Shown here: positions 1 through 11,951 of the stretch, in pieces
Numbering within the stretch: position 1 is the first letter of the stretch
Layout: every line of letters begins with the position of its first letter
Origin: the human T2T-CHM13v2.0 reference genome, Homo sapiens
DNA: 64,000 nucleotides
Assembly (NCBI RefSeq): GCF_009914755.1
Contig: NC_060933.1
Strand: one strand, 5' to 3'
Made by a program: the position numbers and the translations under genes
Notes under the pieces: model-generated
What the model was told of the DNA's origin: nothing
The model's input: only the letters and a program-made list of their open reading frames with translations
The model's database searches: none

Positions 1-406
1 TGTGGAAGCGGCAGTCATTGTCTGGTGCACTGATGAGGGAGCTGGGGTAGAATGGAAGGCAAGCAGCCCAAACGTGTGGCGTTTTGCCCACAAACTCTTT
101 GACAGGCCTCCTTGTGTGGTCAAATGGTACCTAGAAGATTCCTTAGTTGTCTTATTTCTTTAAATTAAATAAATTTGTACAGCAGAGCCTCTGGTTGGAT
201 TGGGCTTGGGATCAGGTACAAGGTCCCTTCTAGCTCTTGGCTGCTTTCTTTCCGAAATCTTGGATCCTAAAGGCCTTAACTCAACAGAATACATTTTTTT
301 CTTGCTTTTCCAAGGGTGTGGCAAATGGGAAAATCCATCTAAGAGAGGTCTTGGCAGTTTGTCTGAGCTAAAAAGTTCAAATGCATCATCGTAGGAGACA
401 GTATTA

Positions 407-781
<375 letters not shown>

Positions 782-884
782 CTATTTCTACCTAATGCAA
801 GAAATTCCAAGATAGAATTCAGGAACCAGGTGCCATGAGAAATAGAAGTGTGAAACTTTAGGTCAATGGCAGTGAAGCTGTAGC

Positions 885-1050
885 GTGCATAAGAAAGACC
901 AGGGAGCTTCTTAAAATTGCAATTCTCGAGCCCGCACCTATAGACATTCTGATTTGATAGGTTTTGTGTAGAGACTAGAAATCTGTACTTTTAACATGCT
1001 TTCCACAAAATGATTCTGATGCAGGCGGGCCACAGGTAAAAAACACCAGT
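885..1050. mobile_element. MER5-type hAT DNA transposon fragment
   Basis: MER5-like motifs 'gggagcttcttaaaattgc...gattctgatgca'; boundaries approximate. Confidence 0.55.
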
Positions 1051-1381
1051 CTGAACCGTGGCTGACCAATGTTGTTTGGTGGAGTGACACCCTCTAGGGC
1101 AGTGCTTAGCAGAGCATGCAGAGACTTGAAGACACATGATAAACATGGATATGCATTTCCAGTTGTCCTTCTTATTTGTAGTGGTCTTGACCCCGAATGC
1201 CTGGGGAAACTGAGCAGGAGGCCCAAAAGGCATAGAAAAGAGCATTGGATAGGAGTCAGGACATTTGGCTCTGGCTTTGCCCTGGATTGACAGTGGCCCT
1301 GGGCAATCCCCTTCTTCTCTCTGGGCATGAGTGGAAGCTAGGCTTGAAGATCTCTGAGCACGCTTTTAGATCTGATATTCT

Positions 1382-1624
1382 TATATTCTTTTTTTTTTTT
1401 TTTCAACCTCCGCCTCCCAGATTCAAGCGATTCTCATGCCTCAGCCTCCTGAGTAGCTGGGATTACAGGCACACACCACCATGCCTGGCTAATTTTTGTA
1501 TTTTGTAATAGAGATGGGGTTTCACCATGTTGGCCAGGCTGGTCGAACTCCTGACCTCAAGTGATCTGCCCACCTTGACCTCCCAAAGTGCTGGGATTAC
1601 AGGTGTAAGCCAACGTGCCTGGCC
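1382..1624 (-). mobile_element. AluS lacking ~60 nt of the right-arm 3' end
   Basis: Poly(T) abuts 'caacctccgcctccc'; 15-bp TSD tagatctgatattct at 1367-1381 and 1625-1639. Confidence 0.9.
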
Positions 1625-1689
1625 TAGATCTGATATTCTATGACTGTATATCTGGGCCTTTTATTTGTATTAGACAGATATTTGTATTA

Positions 1690-1895
1690 TTTAATGCTAA
1701 TAAACATTATTATTTATTATTATTTAATTTATTATTATTTAATAAATTTATTATTTTATTATTAATTAAAAATAATTGGCCTCTTATTAAAAATAAATGG
1801 CCTCTATTATTTAAAATAATAATAAAATAATAAAATTATTATTAAATAATAATAAAATAATAAATTTATTATTAAATAATAATAAAATTAAAAAA
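1690..1895. repeat. AT-rich low-complexity quasi-palindrome
   Basis: (TTA)-rich left half and (TAA)-rich right half around a duplicated 'attaaaaataa[t/a]tggcctct' core. Confidence 0.85.
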
Positions 1896-1988
1896 TGTTT
1901 AGTGACATGTTAAATGCCAGAGTCATTTAATTTCACACATTCAACAATTTTCTATCGTTATTACTATTTTTTAATTCATGAAACTTGA

Positions 1989-2402
<414 letters not shown>

Positions 2403-3018
2403 CCATCACTTATTTTCTAAGAAGAGGGGTACAGCTCCAGCTGGTAAAGAACAGTCTCTGGATTTAAACCCCTGTTGTCTGATTTTGGATACTTTATATT
2501 GCTCATTTGTCAGATGTTGGATGGGGACTTCTTTGTCCCTTGGGAATGGCCTCTATCTCCCCCTATTCTGTGGTTTTTGGAAGCCCACAGCCATTTTCAA
2601 TATTTAAGCACATTCCCAGAAAGCTTATCTTCTTATGTTCACCTCTGATGCTGAGCTCTTGTTTCTAAGTTCTGGTTATAACTCATCACAGCATCCCATG
2701 TGTGCAAACTTTGTTCTGTTCTATTGACCAAGACGTTGTATTAATGTCTCAGTTGATATCCACAAAAGTCCATTTTTATAAAGCATTCGTGTGTCGGGCA
2801 AACTTGAGTGAAGGCTGTTGTGGTTGCTGGGGGAAGGGTCATTGCAGGAGGGCTTTCCATTTGCTGGAATGCAAACAGCTGCAAACCAAGCATTAGACTT
2901 AGGATTTTGCAAATGTTCTGGGGGCACCCCCATGCTGGAAATATTTCACTGGCTGCTTCATCACACAGAACTTCTGGCCTCACACTATCTTGATGGTGCT
3001 TATCAGCTCTTGCCACTC

Positions 3019-3555
3019 TGCCTTTAGCTGGGTTTCCCAAAATGCAGAGCCTGAGGCAAAGACTTCTGTGCCAATTTATGAAGTTCAGTTCCAGGAAAGA
3101 GGGAGGGGGAAAAGAAGCAGGGAAGAAGTAAGAGCAAATAACAGGTCTTATATATAGATGAGTCCTCAGTCTTGTGGGACGTTTTTTTGAGAAGCTGCTG
3201 CTCAGGGTGGCTGATGTGTGATAGGGAGGGAGAAATAGTCATCCACTGGTTTCCATCTCTCATTGTTCAGAAGCTGGCCACATATTATTTCCTTCGCATT
3301 TCCAAGTTGCTTATGTGTGGGCACTAAATGAACCCTACAGCATCTCATGTCTCAGGATTAATATAGAAGTCCCTAAGTATGAGGTGAGAGTTATACACTT
3401 TGTGCAAAAATGAAGGCACTGCCAGTTTTACCCGTAATTGATTGGAGTCCCTGGTGAGTTGATCTCTGCAGCAATGGCTGTGGCTGGAATGAATGACCAC
3501 TTGGAGGCAGGAAATTCAGAGAATTTGAAATGGTGCATTAGAGATGTGTGGCGTA
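3019..3555 (-). mobile_element. ERV-L-class LTR (LTR16/33-like), probable 3' LTR of a decayed provirus
   Basis: Starts with the reverse complement of an ERVL-LTR-type 3' end ('tgcctttagctgggtttcccaaaatgcagagcctgaggcaaag'); alignable by eye to the LTR at 6349-6897. Confidence 0.65.
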
Positions 3556-5648
3556 GTTTACTCCCTGCACTGCTTAGGTTTGCCTTCCCAATAGATCTAG
3601 CTCCTATGCTATCATATAGGACCTTCAATTTTGAAAGAATATGATGTTCTCACTTATTTTCTTTGTGTGTGTGTGGTGGGGAGGAGTTGGGGGCAGGGTC
3701 TTGCCATGTTGCCCAGGCTGGTTTTGAACTCCTGGGCTCAAGTGATCCCATCTTGGCCTCCTATCACTTATTTTCTAAGAAGAGGGGTACGAGTCCAGTC
3801 AGTCACAGAATCCCTTTCAAGATCATAACCAACTTAGATCTCTGAGAAGATTTTAGCCAGGAGAGTGAAACAAGCCAAAGTCCCCTCAGCTGTAGCTAGT
3901 GCCATATCCCTCCTCCCCCACCCAGTCTGATTTCCTTTATTCTCAGTCCATACTTTGGATGATCTGGCTTGCTAGCCTAGTGAGGTGACCTAGACCTTTA
4001 TCCTTTAAGGGTCTGACCTCTCAGCTGCCTTGATTGCTTCATGTGCCCATTTGCTATCATTACAGGATATGCATGTACCAAGAAATACACCAGGACATTC
4101 CCTGGATTGTAAATATATCTTCTCTGCCCCATAAAGTAGCTGCTACTGTGGCTCCCGGTGGCCATCAGGGCTCAATAGCCCCACTTATGCAGTCACTCTT
4201 TTTTTGCCTGCTTGCCCACTGGCATGAGGAGCTCAAGGTGACCAGATAGTGGTCACAACTTCAAGTTAGTGGCCTTATTGTATCTTTTGGAGGAGTTCTG
4301 CTGAACACTAGCACCTCTACCCCACCAGAGCTTAGTTTCAGTGGATCACTGGGAGAGGAAAAGGACTGAATTCCACCACTACTCCTTGGTTTCCAGACCC
4401 AAGTATTCTAGTTTTTGGAGACACAGCAACATGTATTGGCCATTAATTCAGTGACTTTCCCAACCACATTCTGGAGGAGAGTCCTACAGCTCAGCACCAG
4501 GTGGTCCCTAAGCTGGTGCCTTAGCTGAGCCTTTAACAGGCCTTCCCACCATTGTATTAATCTAGATGTTTCTGGGGTATGTGCTACATGATCAAGTCAA
4601 TGGAGTCCTTGATCATTCACTCATTGTCACACTGCTTTTACCATAAAATGAGTCCCTTCATTTGAAGCAATGTTGTGCAGACAACATGCCGATAAATCCA
4701 ACATTCTGCAAGTCTTTGGATGGCAGTGCTGGCAAAGGAACTTGGTCAGGGAGGGCAAACCCATTTCCATTTGGGTACTGATGCTGAAGAGGAAAACATA
4801 CTCAGGACGGGGTCTGAGGGGATCAACTTATCACCAAAGGGTTGGCTGGCCTCTCGGAGGACTGGTGCCATATTGAGGGCTCCGTGTCAGTCTTTTCAGC
4901 TGGCAGGCTGGGCATTCATCAATGTCAGCAGCTATATCTGCTTTAGAGGGATGGGGCCCATGCTTCTGGGCCTGTGCTTAGCATTTACCCCTGCCATCAT
5001 TGTCACTGTTTAAGGCTTCTCCGTGTCAGCTCCTTGATAGTCAAGGAGAGAGACTGGCTGACATCCACAGGATCAGTCACCCTGTCACCTGGCTGTTGAA
5101 TTATCTCCTCTGTGGTGGATGGTTTCTCGTGAGCATTGAGATACAAAGACCAACACGTGTGCTCATTTCTGTAGGTCAATCTACATTATGCTTCCCTAGA
5201 TCTCCTGGTCCCAGATCATCCAATCTTGTCTTTCAGGCCTCTGGCCAACATCGAAGTCATTTGCCCACTGCTCAGGCATCTACATACATCATAATACTAT
5301 ACTACTTCTCTCTCTTTCAAAGAGTTTGACCAAGTGCCCCACTCATAGTTCTACCCCCTGGGAGGAGTTCTCTTCACCGTTATCCTTTGCGGCCACCCTT
5401 GAGAAGGCTGCAATGCAGCAACAGCTCATTTCAACTAGCACTGACATATCACACAGGCTCATGTGTGAAGCAACCTGGGTTCTTTCCTTAACTGATTACT
5501 GGTTGTAGGAAACCACCCATGAAGCCCTAAGTGTGAACTCAAGAAGGGGTGTTGGTGCAAAGCAGTAAGTGACCTGGGAGTCTGGGCTACCTGTTCACAT
5601 AATTTACTCGTGCTGTCTAGACCTTTTTAGGCCTGATCTCAAATATAT
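3556..5648 (-). mobile_element. ERV-L internal remnant: connection/RNase H, integrase C-terminus, dUTPase (degenerate)
   Basis: Minus-strand translations: YI*DQA*KGLDSTSKLCEQVAQTP (~5580-5648), KDNGEENSSQGVEL*VGHLV (~5328-5390), PIHVAVSPKTRILGSGNQGV (~4380-4440), GHLELLMPVGKQAKK (~4200-4245). All resemble HERV-L pol; dUTPase after integrase is typical of ERV-L. Confidence 0.8.
3663..3763 (-). mobile_element. 5'-truncated FLAM/Alu monomer inserted in the ERV-L
   Basis: Alu left-arm sequence with decayed tail; TSD tcacttattttct at 3650-3662 and 3764-3776. Confidence 0.8.
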
Positions 5649-6345
5649 AATTGGCATAGATAGTCTTAGCTTCTGGCAGAACCCTTACATTAGCAACTTG
5701 ACTTGTAGAGTCTGGTAGGAAAAGTCAAGTGGAAGTCCTTGAAACTACACCCTTTCCTCCACTTCAAGGCAGTAGATCAGAAGCAAAATCACCTCTCAGA
5801 AAGTATTGCAGGGGTTAGAACCCCTATCATGACTTAAATGATGCAGGGTATGGTAGATCCCATTACATTTCAATTAATTAGCTTGTATAGGCCCCTGCGA
5901 AAGCCAAATCTATTATCAGATGATAGTGGATTTCCAAAAATCAGATGATAGTGGATTTCCATAAACTTGGCCAGATGGTAGCATCCATTGCAGCTGCCAT
6001 GCCAAATACGGTATCTTTACTGGAATATACCAACATAGCCTTTGGTGTGTGGGATGCAGAGTGACCTGGCAAAGTGGAATCACAAGGAAGATAAAAACCA
6101 GTTCACTTTTACATGGCAGATACAGTAGTATATATTCACTGTTTTGCCCCAGGAGTATCATAACAGCTCTTTGTTATAATATAGTCCATAAGGACCTTGT
6201 CATTCCAACATGCCATGGACTATCCTGCTGGTCCCTTATACTGGTGACATCATGCTGACTGAAGATAGTGAGCAGGAAGGGACAATTGCCTTAGATACTC
6301 TGTTAAGATGCATGAATAGGTCAGAAGCTGAGAGATAAGCTCCAT
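5646..6345 (+). pseudogene. ERV-L protease-end / reverse-transcriptase remnant (opposite strand to the rest of the provirus)
   Basis: Plus-strand translations IIGIDSLSFWQNPYISNLTCRV, KLGQMVASIAAAMPNTVSLLEYTN, NQFTFTWQIQ*YIFTVLPQEYHN (from 6096), ALCYNIVHKDL and LVPYTGDIML (from 6228; decayed YIDD motif). Contains stops and frameshifts. Confidence 0.85.
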
Positions 6346-6348
6346 CAC

Positions 6349-7386
6349 CTGTCTCATCCTGGGTTATTCAGATAGTAGCATCTGAGGCTAAGTCTTGTGT
6401 GCCTCTATGGCATTAGGGAGTGTGATCTTAGAGAGCAGAAGTGAAAAGGAAAGGGAGGCGAGGTAGGAGGAAGAGCCCAATAAGAGGCAATAGACATGAC
6501 GGACTGCTCTGCAAGCATTGTGTGACCATCTTCTGAGATGCCTTATAAATTACTTTCTTGGCACAGTGCATCTGGAAGAGGAAGGGAGAAAAATACATCT
6601 ACTGGCTTCCATTGGCTGAAATTTTGCCCCACAGGGTGTTATTTGCACTGTACTTCCAGGTTGCTCATTGCAGGCACTAAGGATAGTGCTGAGGATGTCA
6701 TGCCTTAGCATCAACAGGGAAGCCCTGGGGTGGAAGTGAAAGGTGATCAATGTGGACATGAGGCCAGGGGCTGTGAGTTGTATCTGCCTGAAGTTGGTGA
6801 GAGTCCAGGTAGAGTTGGTCTCCACAAAGGGGACTGCTGTTAGAACAAGTGGCCAGAGACCCTGGAGACGGGTGAGACTAAAAGAATTTCAAGCAGCTAT
6901 CTTAATTTGGATTCCCGCAGCAAAAGACTCAGAGGCAAGGATTCCACTGCCAGCAGTTCACTTGGTCAGTTTTCTTAAGAAGCACTGGAAGGGGAGTGGG
7001 GAAATGAGGTGGCCAATAAAGAGTGAGTGCACAATACCCCTGTGGGAAACCGGAGCTCAGTCCTGTGGAAACTCTGGATAGAAGTATAGAATGTGTGCCT
7101 GCCTAGGTGTTCCCACCAGCTGGGTAAGGGGGCTGAGATTCTCATCCACCAGCTCCTGACCATCACTGATTGAGAGCTGCTTGGGGAAGGGGTTGCTCCA
7201 TTAATTTCCCAACACTTCTGGTCTTCTGTGCTTGTGGGCAGAGCAGGCTCCAGGGGCCAGAGAAAGCGCTCAGGTGAAGGGATGCAGGTGCTGGCAGTTG
7301 GAAGACAGCCACCCTGCACATAAATGATCAAGATGGAGGGGATCTGGACAGGATGTTGCAGTGGCACATAAAAGGTGTCTGATACA
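6349..7386 (-). mobile_element. ERV-L-class LTR (probable 5' LTR), interrupted near its 5' end by a second LTR
   Basis: Homologous to 3019-3555 (e.g. 'actggcttcca', 'ttccaggttgc', 'agaattt'); ends ...gtgtctgataca (TG start on the minus strand). Confidence 0.6.
6898..7360 (-). mobile_element. LTR16-like solo LTR nested in the preceding LTR
   Basis: Starts tatcttaatttggattccc...gcaaggattcc (LTR16-type 3' end, reverse complement) and ends gggatctggacaggatgttgca; flanked by gcagc / gtggc. Confidence 0.65.
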
Positions 7387-9085
7387 TTCTCCCTCCTTTT
7401 TCTTTTCCTCTTGGATTGTCAGATTTTCAAATCCATCATTTTCTCTTATGTTGAACCAATGACTCTTGTCTCAGCCTGTGGCCCCTCTTTGCATATCCAA
7501 ACACATCAAGATGCTCAGCAGAACAAATGAGTCCTCCTTGGAAGGTAGTTGTGGGCTTAAACAGTCATTATTTTCTCTTGGTTATCCCAAAGGCAGCTAT
7601 CTCTTTAGTTATTCTAGTAAATTCTATTCTAGTTAGCTAGTTAAATCTATTGCACTTTTTCTGCACATTAAATCAGATGATATGCAAGCTCTAACTACCT
7701 CCTGTAGACGTTCTCATCACAACTCCACAAGGGAGGCATTGTACCCATGTAGTGAATAAACTGAGGTCTAGAATGACATGCACTATATTCTTGGTAACTT
7801 CTTCAGAAACCAAAGTTTTAGATGATTTCCACAGATTTTTGTGCCCCTTCCAGCTGCTTGAGACAGTATGGAGAATGCTTTTGGATATTGAGTTATCAGG
7901 GACATTGGGTAGATTATGGGAAAATGGAACAGCCTATTAATTTAGTCCAGTTCTGTAAGAGTTGGGACATAAGATCCCCAGTCTTCACACATCCCAATCT
8001 CACAGATTACACTGAACGGTGGTAAACAATTTAGATCAGCTTGGGTATGACACGAAGCTTCCTCTTGGCTATTTCTACAACTTAACATTGAATGGAAGGA
8101 AATCACTTAAGCCCTAAAAACACTGTCTGGCAGGAGGTAAAATGTCTTGCTTGGCTTCCTGCCCCATCCCTCCCACACCCACAGCTGGGACCATTTGGCC
8201 CCCACTTCAGCTCCCAGGCCTGAGACCCTCCCTGTTCTTCATCTGCCTGAGTTCAGGGACAAGCTGCAAACTGAGAGCCCTTCTTGAATATGAACATGGT
8301 CTGGCTTCCCAGGAGAAATAGGTGCAAAATCAACAACCTTAACACGAGTCTATTTCCAGTCATTTGTAGATGAGAAGTGTGCTTTGGGAAACTTCATTTT
8401 TAGATTCCAGTGAATTGGGTATCATCAGTTACAGAGAACCAACAAAATATGAAATGTGCACATAGGACTTCCCTGCAAGAGTAGAAAGGAATCTGTTGCC
8501 TTATGCATATGTATCTTGGACTGATAAATTGGATCACAATCAAGTCTTCACCCTTCATGTTATATATGTAACTGAGGAGGCCAGGTTTGTTTCATAATGG
8601 CACCTTCATTTTTATTTTTTTCAATGTACACACTTTATTTGTATATTAAACAAGTAGAAATATGTTTTTCCCCATCTTTCTTTAAACATGTTCTTCTCCC
8701 CATATATCTTCTGTTTACCCATTTTTAACAGGAACATGAGCATTCAACCTATTCCATTTTTTCTTATATGCAAAGGCAGAGTGCAACTGTGATAGGGGCA
8801 ATTGATTCTTAGCTTTGGTTTTGGGGACAATATGGGGTGGTGGGAACTACGGCAAACTGGACAGTACTGCCTTAGCTGAAGGCAGCAGCCCCTATTCAAT
8901 GCCAATCAATTGTTGGCACAGAGAATGCAGGCCTTATGTCGCCAGGTTTTCCAAAATTTCAAAAAGAATCCAGAAGTCTCAATTTTACTGTGCAATTCTC
9001 TAATTATCAAATATTGCTAGCCAATTTAATTTGGAGGTTGACACCCAGCAGACCAGATAAAACATATCTATGGGCAAAATTGAAG

Positions 9086-9418
9086 GCTGGGCATGGTGGC
9101 TTATGCCTTTAATCCCAGCACTTTAGAAGGCTGAGATGGGTGGATCAACTTGAGGTCAGGAGTTTGAGACCAGCCTGGCCAACATGGTGAAACCCCGTCT
9201 CTACTAAAAATACAAAAATTAGCCGAGTGTGGTGATGGGCGCCTATAGTCCCAGCTACTTGGAAGGCTGAAGAGGAGAATCACTTGAACCCGGGAGGCGG
9301 AAGTTGCAGTGAGCCACCATTGCACTCCATCCTGGGTGACAGAGCGGCACTCCATCCTGGGTGACAGAGCGACACTCCATCTCAAACAAAAACAAAAACC
9401 AAAATCAAAAATGAAACA
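9086..9418 (+). mobile_element. AluS with an internal 25-bp tandem duplication
   Basis: Dimeric Alu; gcactccatcctgggtgacagagcg repeated at 9322 and 9347; TSD-like aaaattga. Confidence 0.9.
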
Positions 9419-11762
9419 AAATTGAGCCTATGGCTGCCAGTTCACAATCTCTGGTTTTAAAACTGTCAAACAGAACCCTAGATCTACTATGTAGCCATAA
9501 CTGATGTGGTTTTTCTAAGCAGTATAGAAATATAGTTCTAAGAAAGTCAATTATATTCCTAGTTAATGTGGTACTTTACAAACAATAGAGAAATATAGAA
9601 TTATGAAAGCAAATTCCCTATGGTTAGTGAATCAAAATAAAATAAGGTTAGGCCCATCACAGAGTGGCTGCAAGTGGGAGAGAATTTACATTCACAGGGA
9701 ATGTGAACAGATTAGGAAAGAGGCCTCAAGTGGACAATTTTGTCGGGATGCAGTTCGCCTTATGTGTTAGCTCCACATGAGGCCAACCTGGTTCTCGAGC
9801 TGCTTTGGCTACTGGAGCCTCAATCCCTTAAGAGGTTGATCTAGGGTCCCCCCTCTGTCTTGCCAGTTGTCCCCCTCCACAGGCCGCAGCCCCGATGAGA
9901 ATATCCACAACCTCTAATAATAGAAGCCAAAATCCAATGGACAGAGAGCACTGTGGTGTACCAGTAGGTGGTCCCATCAAGGGACTCACAGCCACCATTC
10001 AATTCAAGGTAGTTGTGTCCATTATCCAGGTGGAGAAATAAAAAATCAGACCAAGGGCAAGATTTGCCCAACTTCACCCTGCAGCCAGGGCCAGCATTGG
10101 ACTGGAACCCAGACTCCTGATCTCCAGGCCAACCATCCCTCCTCTGAGCCCTCACCGCCCAGGCTGGCATGAACCCTTTCATATCCGAGTGCTCTGTGTC
10201 TCCACTGCGATTTTGCTCTTGAGGGTGGAGAGTGAGTCTAATCTTCTTGCTTACTGGCAGGCAGCATGGCTGAGTGGGGAGGAGCATGGGTGTTGCATCT
10301 GCCATTCATTAGCCTTGGAATGTTTTGAACCTCAGCTTTCTTATCTATGAAATGGGGATCATGACAGTATCACCTTTCCATGGCTGTTGTGGGTATTAAA
10401 TGAGATAACACAGCTAAAGCATTTAGCAGAGGGCTTGGGACATAATCCACACCAAGTAAGCATTAGTTGCTTATATCCATTCCCATGCCATCTCCTCTGC
10501 AAGGCTAACTCACTTGGCAAGAGGTGACCCATCCTCTAGAGTGGAACTGAATCAAACACAGGAACTGACCACAGAGCCACGGCCCACTGTGGCTACTTGG
10601 TGCTTCAGGAAGAGAGGTTTCTAGTGTTTACCTGGCTTCAGAGCTGTCCAGGTCTCAGCCAACTTCAGCGGTGCCTCTTCTCACTCCAAGATCTCACACT
10701 ATGTGCCGGGTGGTAATCTTAATAAAAAGCGACCATTGAGGGTTTACCCAGTGCCCTGCGATAAGCTCTGCACAGATGGGTTAGTCTGCCCTGAACCGCC
10801 TCACTCCCACTGAGGGCTTTCGGAGGCAGAGCCTGGTTCATGACCCCCACATCTCATCACAGGGCCTGGTGTGATGCCTCACCCAAGACTGTGCTCCTTC
10901 ATTCATCCAGCGTTTATTGGCATCTCCTACTACCTGAGCTGTTTTAGGCAGGGAACAAAGCACAGATAAGCCCTCCTGGAGCTTACATTCTGATGAAGGG
11001 GGCAGGCAAGGTATACATAGGGAGGAAAGCCCTGGAATCCAGTACATTAAAAACTTTTATTAGGATTATCTCTGCTGCATTTAGTTGTATGTATCCCTTA
11101 TGGCCCCCAGGCAGGTCCACTCCTGGGCATTCAAGTCGGTCCATGTGTCAGGCGTGCAGGGTGGGTCACAGCATCTAGGAGCTCAGTGCAGCTTGGGACT
11201 TTGGGACATACGCTCCACCTCTCTGAGCCTCAGTCTCCTTGTCCATCATATAAGGAAATCACTGATTCCAGCCTTCCTGGGCTGTGGAGAGGATTCCCTC
11301 AGCGGCTGTGAAAGAGTGCTTTCTTGCGGGTCAGCCCCGACAGGACAGACTTAAGGGCGGGAGGGAGCCCATCCCGCTTGCCCCAACGAACGCGGGCGCG
11401 GGGCTTTCCTCGCAGGTTACATAAGGCAGCCGCGGGTGGAGGCAGCAGAGGCGAGCGCACGTCCGTCGAGGGGGAAAGGGGCGTGGGGAGGCGGCCGGGG
11501 CGGCCGGTATCCCCCGGGCGTGAGTGCGCAGCGCGCGGGGGAGCGCAGGGCGCGGCGGAGTCGGGTTTCAGAGCGCGGGTGACTCGGGGCGCGGGCCGGG
11601 AGCCGGGATTCTGCCCGCCGCCGCCGCTGCCGAGCGCCGCCTTTGTTCCCTGCAGGAAGGGCGAGCGCGGCGGCCAGCGCTCAGCGACCCTTCGTCCTCC
11701 GCTAAGCTCCAACGCTCTGCTCGACTAGCCGCGCGCCTTCCGGGGCTCCGCAGACCCGCGAG

Positions 11763-11773
11763 ATGGCACCAAG
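11763..11773 (+). CDS. COL15A1: COL15A1 coding exon 1 (ATG GCA CCA AG; M-A-P-R split codon)
   Basis: Good Kozak context gagATGG at 11763 in a CpG island, followed by donor AG|gtaaga at 11774. Joins exon 2 in frame to give MAPRRNNGQCWCLLMLLSV, the recognised collagen XV N-terminus. Confidence 0.96.
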
Positions 11774-11862
11774 GTAAGACCCGCTTCTCTGCTTCCTCGC
11801 GTCCCGGGCCCCTCCAATACTCTTGCCCGCCTCACCTTTTCTCCCTCGGGCACATCTTGCAG

Positions 11863-11951
11863 GAGGAACAACGGGCAGTGCTGGTGTCTGCTGATGCTGC
11901 TCTCGGTCTCCACGCCCCTCCCTGCTGTCACCCAGACCCGCGGTGCGACAG
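11863..11951 (+). CDS. COL15A1: COL15A1 exon 2 (89 nt), signal peptide RNNGQCWCLLMLLSVSTPLPAVTQTRGAT
   Basis: Acceptor catcttgcag|G at 11862/3 after a pyrimidine tract; donor ACAG|gtaagc at 11951/2; hydrophobic signal-peptide core. Intron 1 is only 89 nt. Confidence 0.96.

Noticed and set aside
5646-6345. Possible functional or domesticated reverse transcriptase
   Set aside because: Multiple stops and frameshifts, and the catalytic YxDD has decayed to YTGD.
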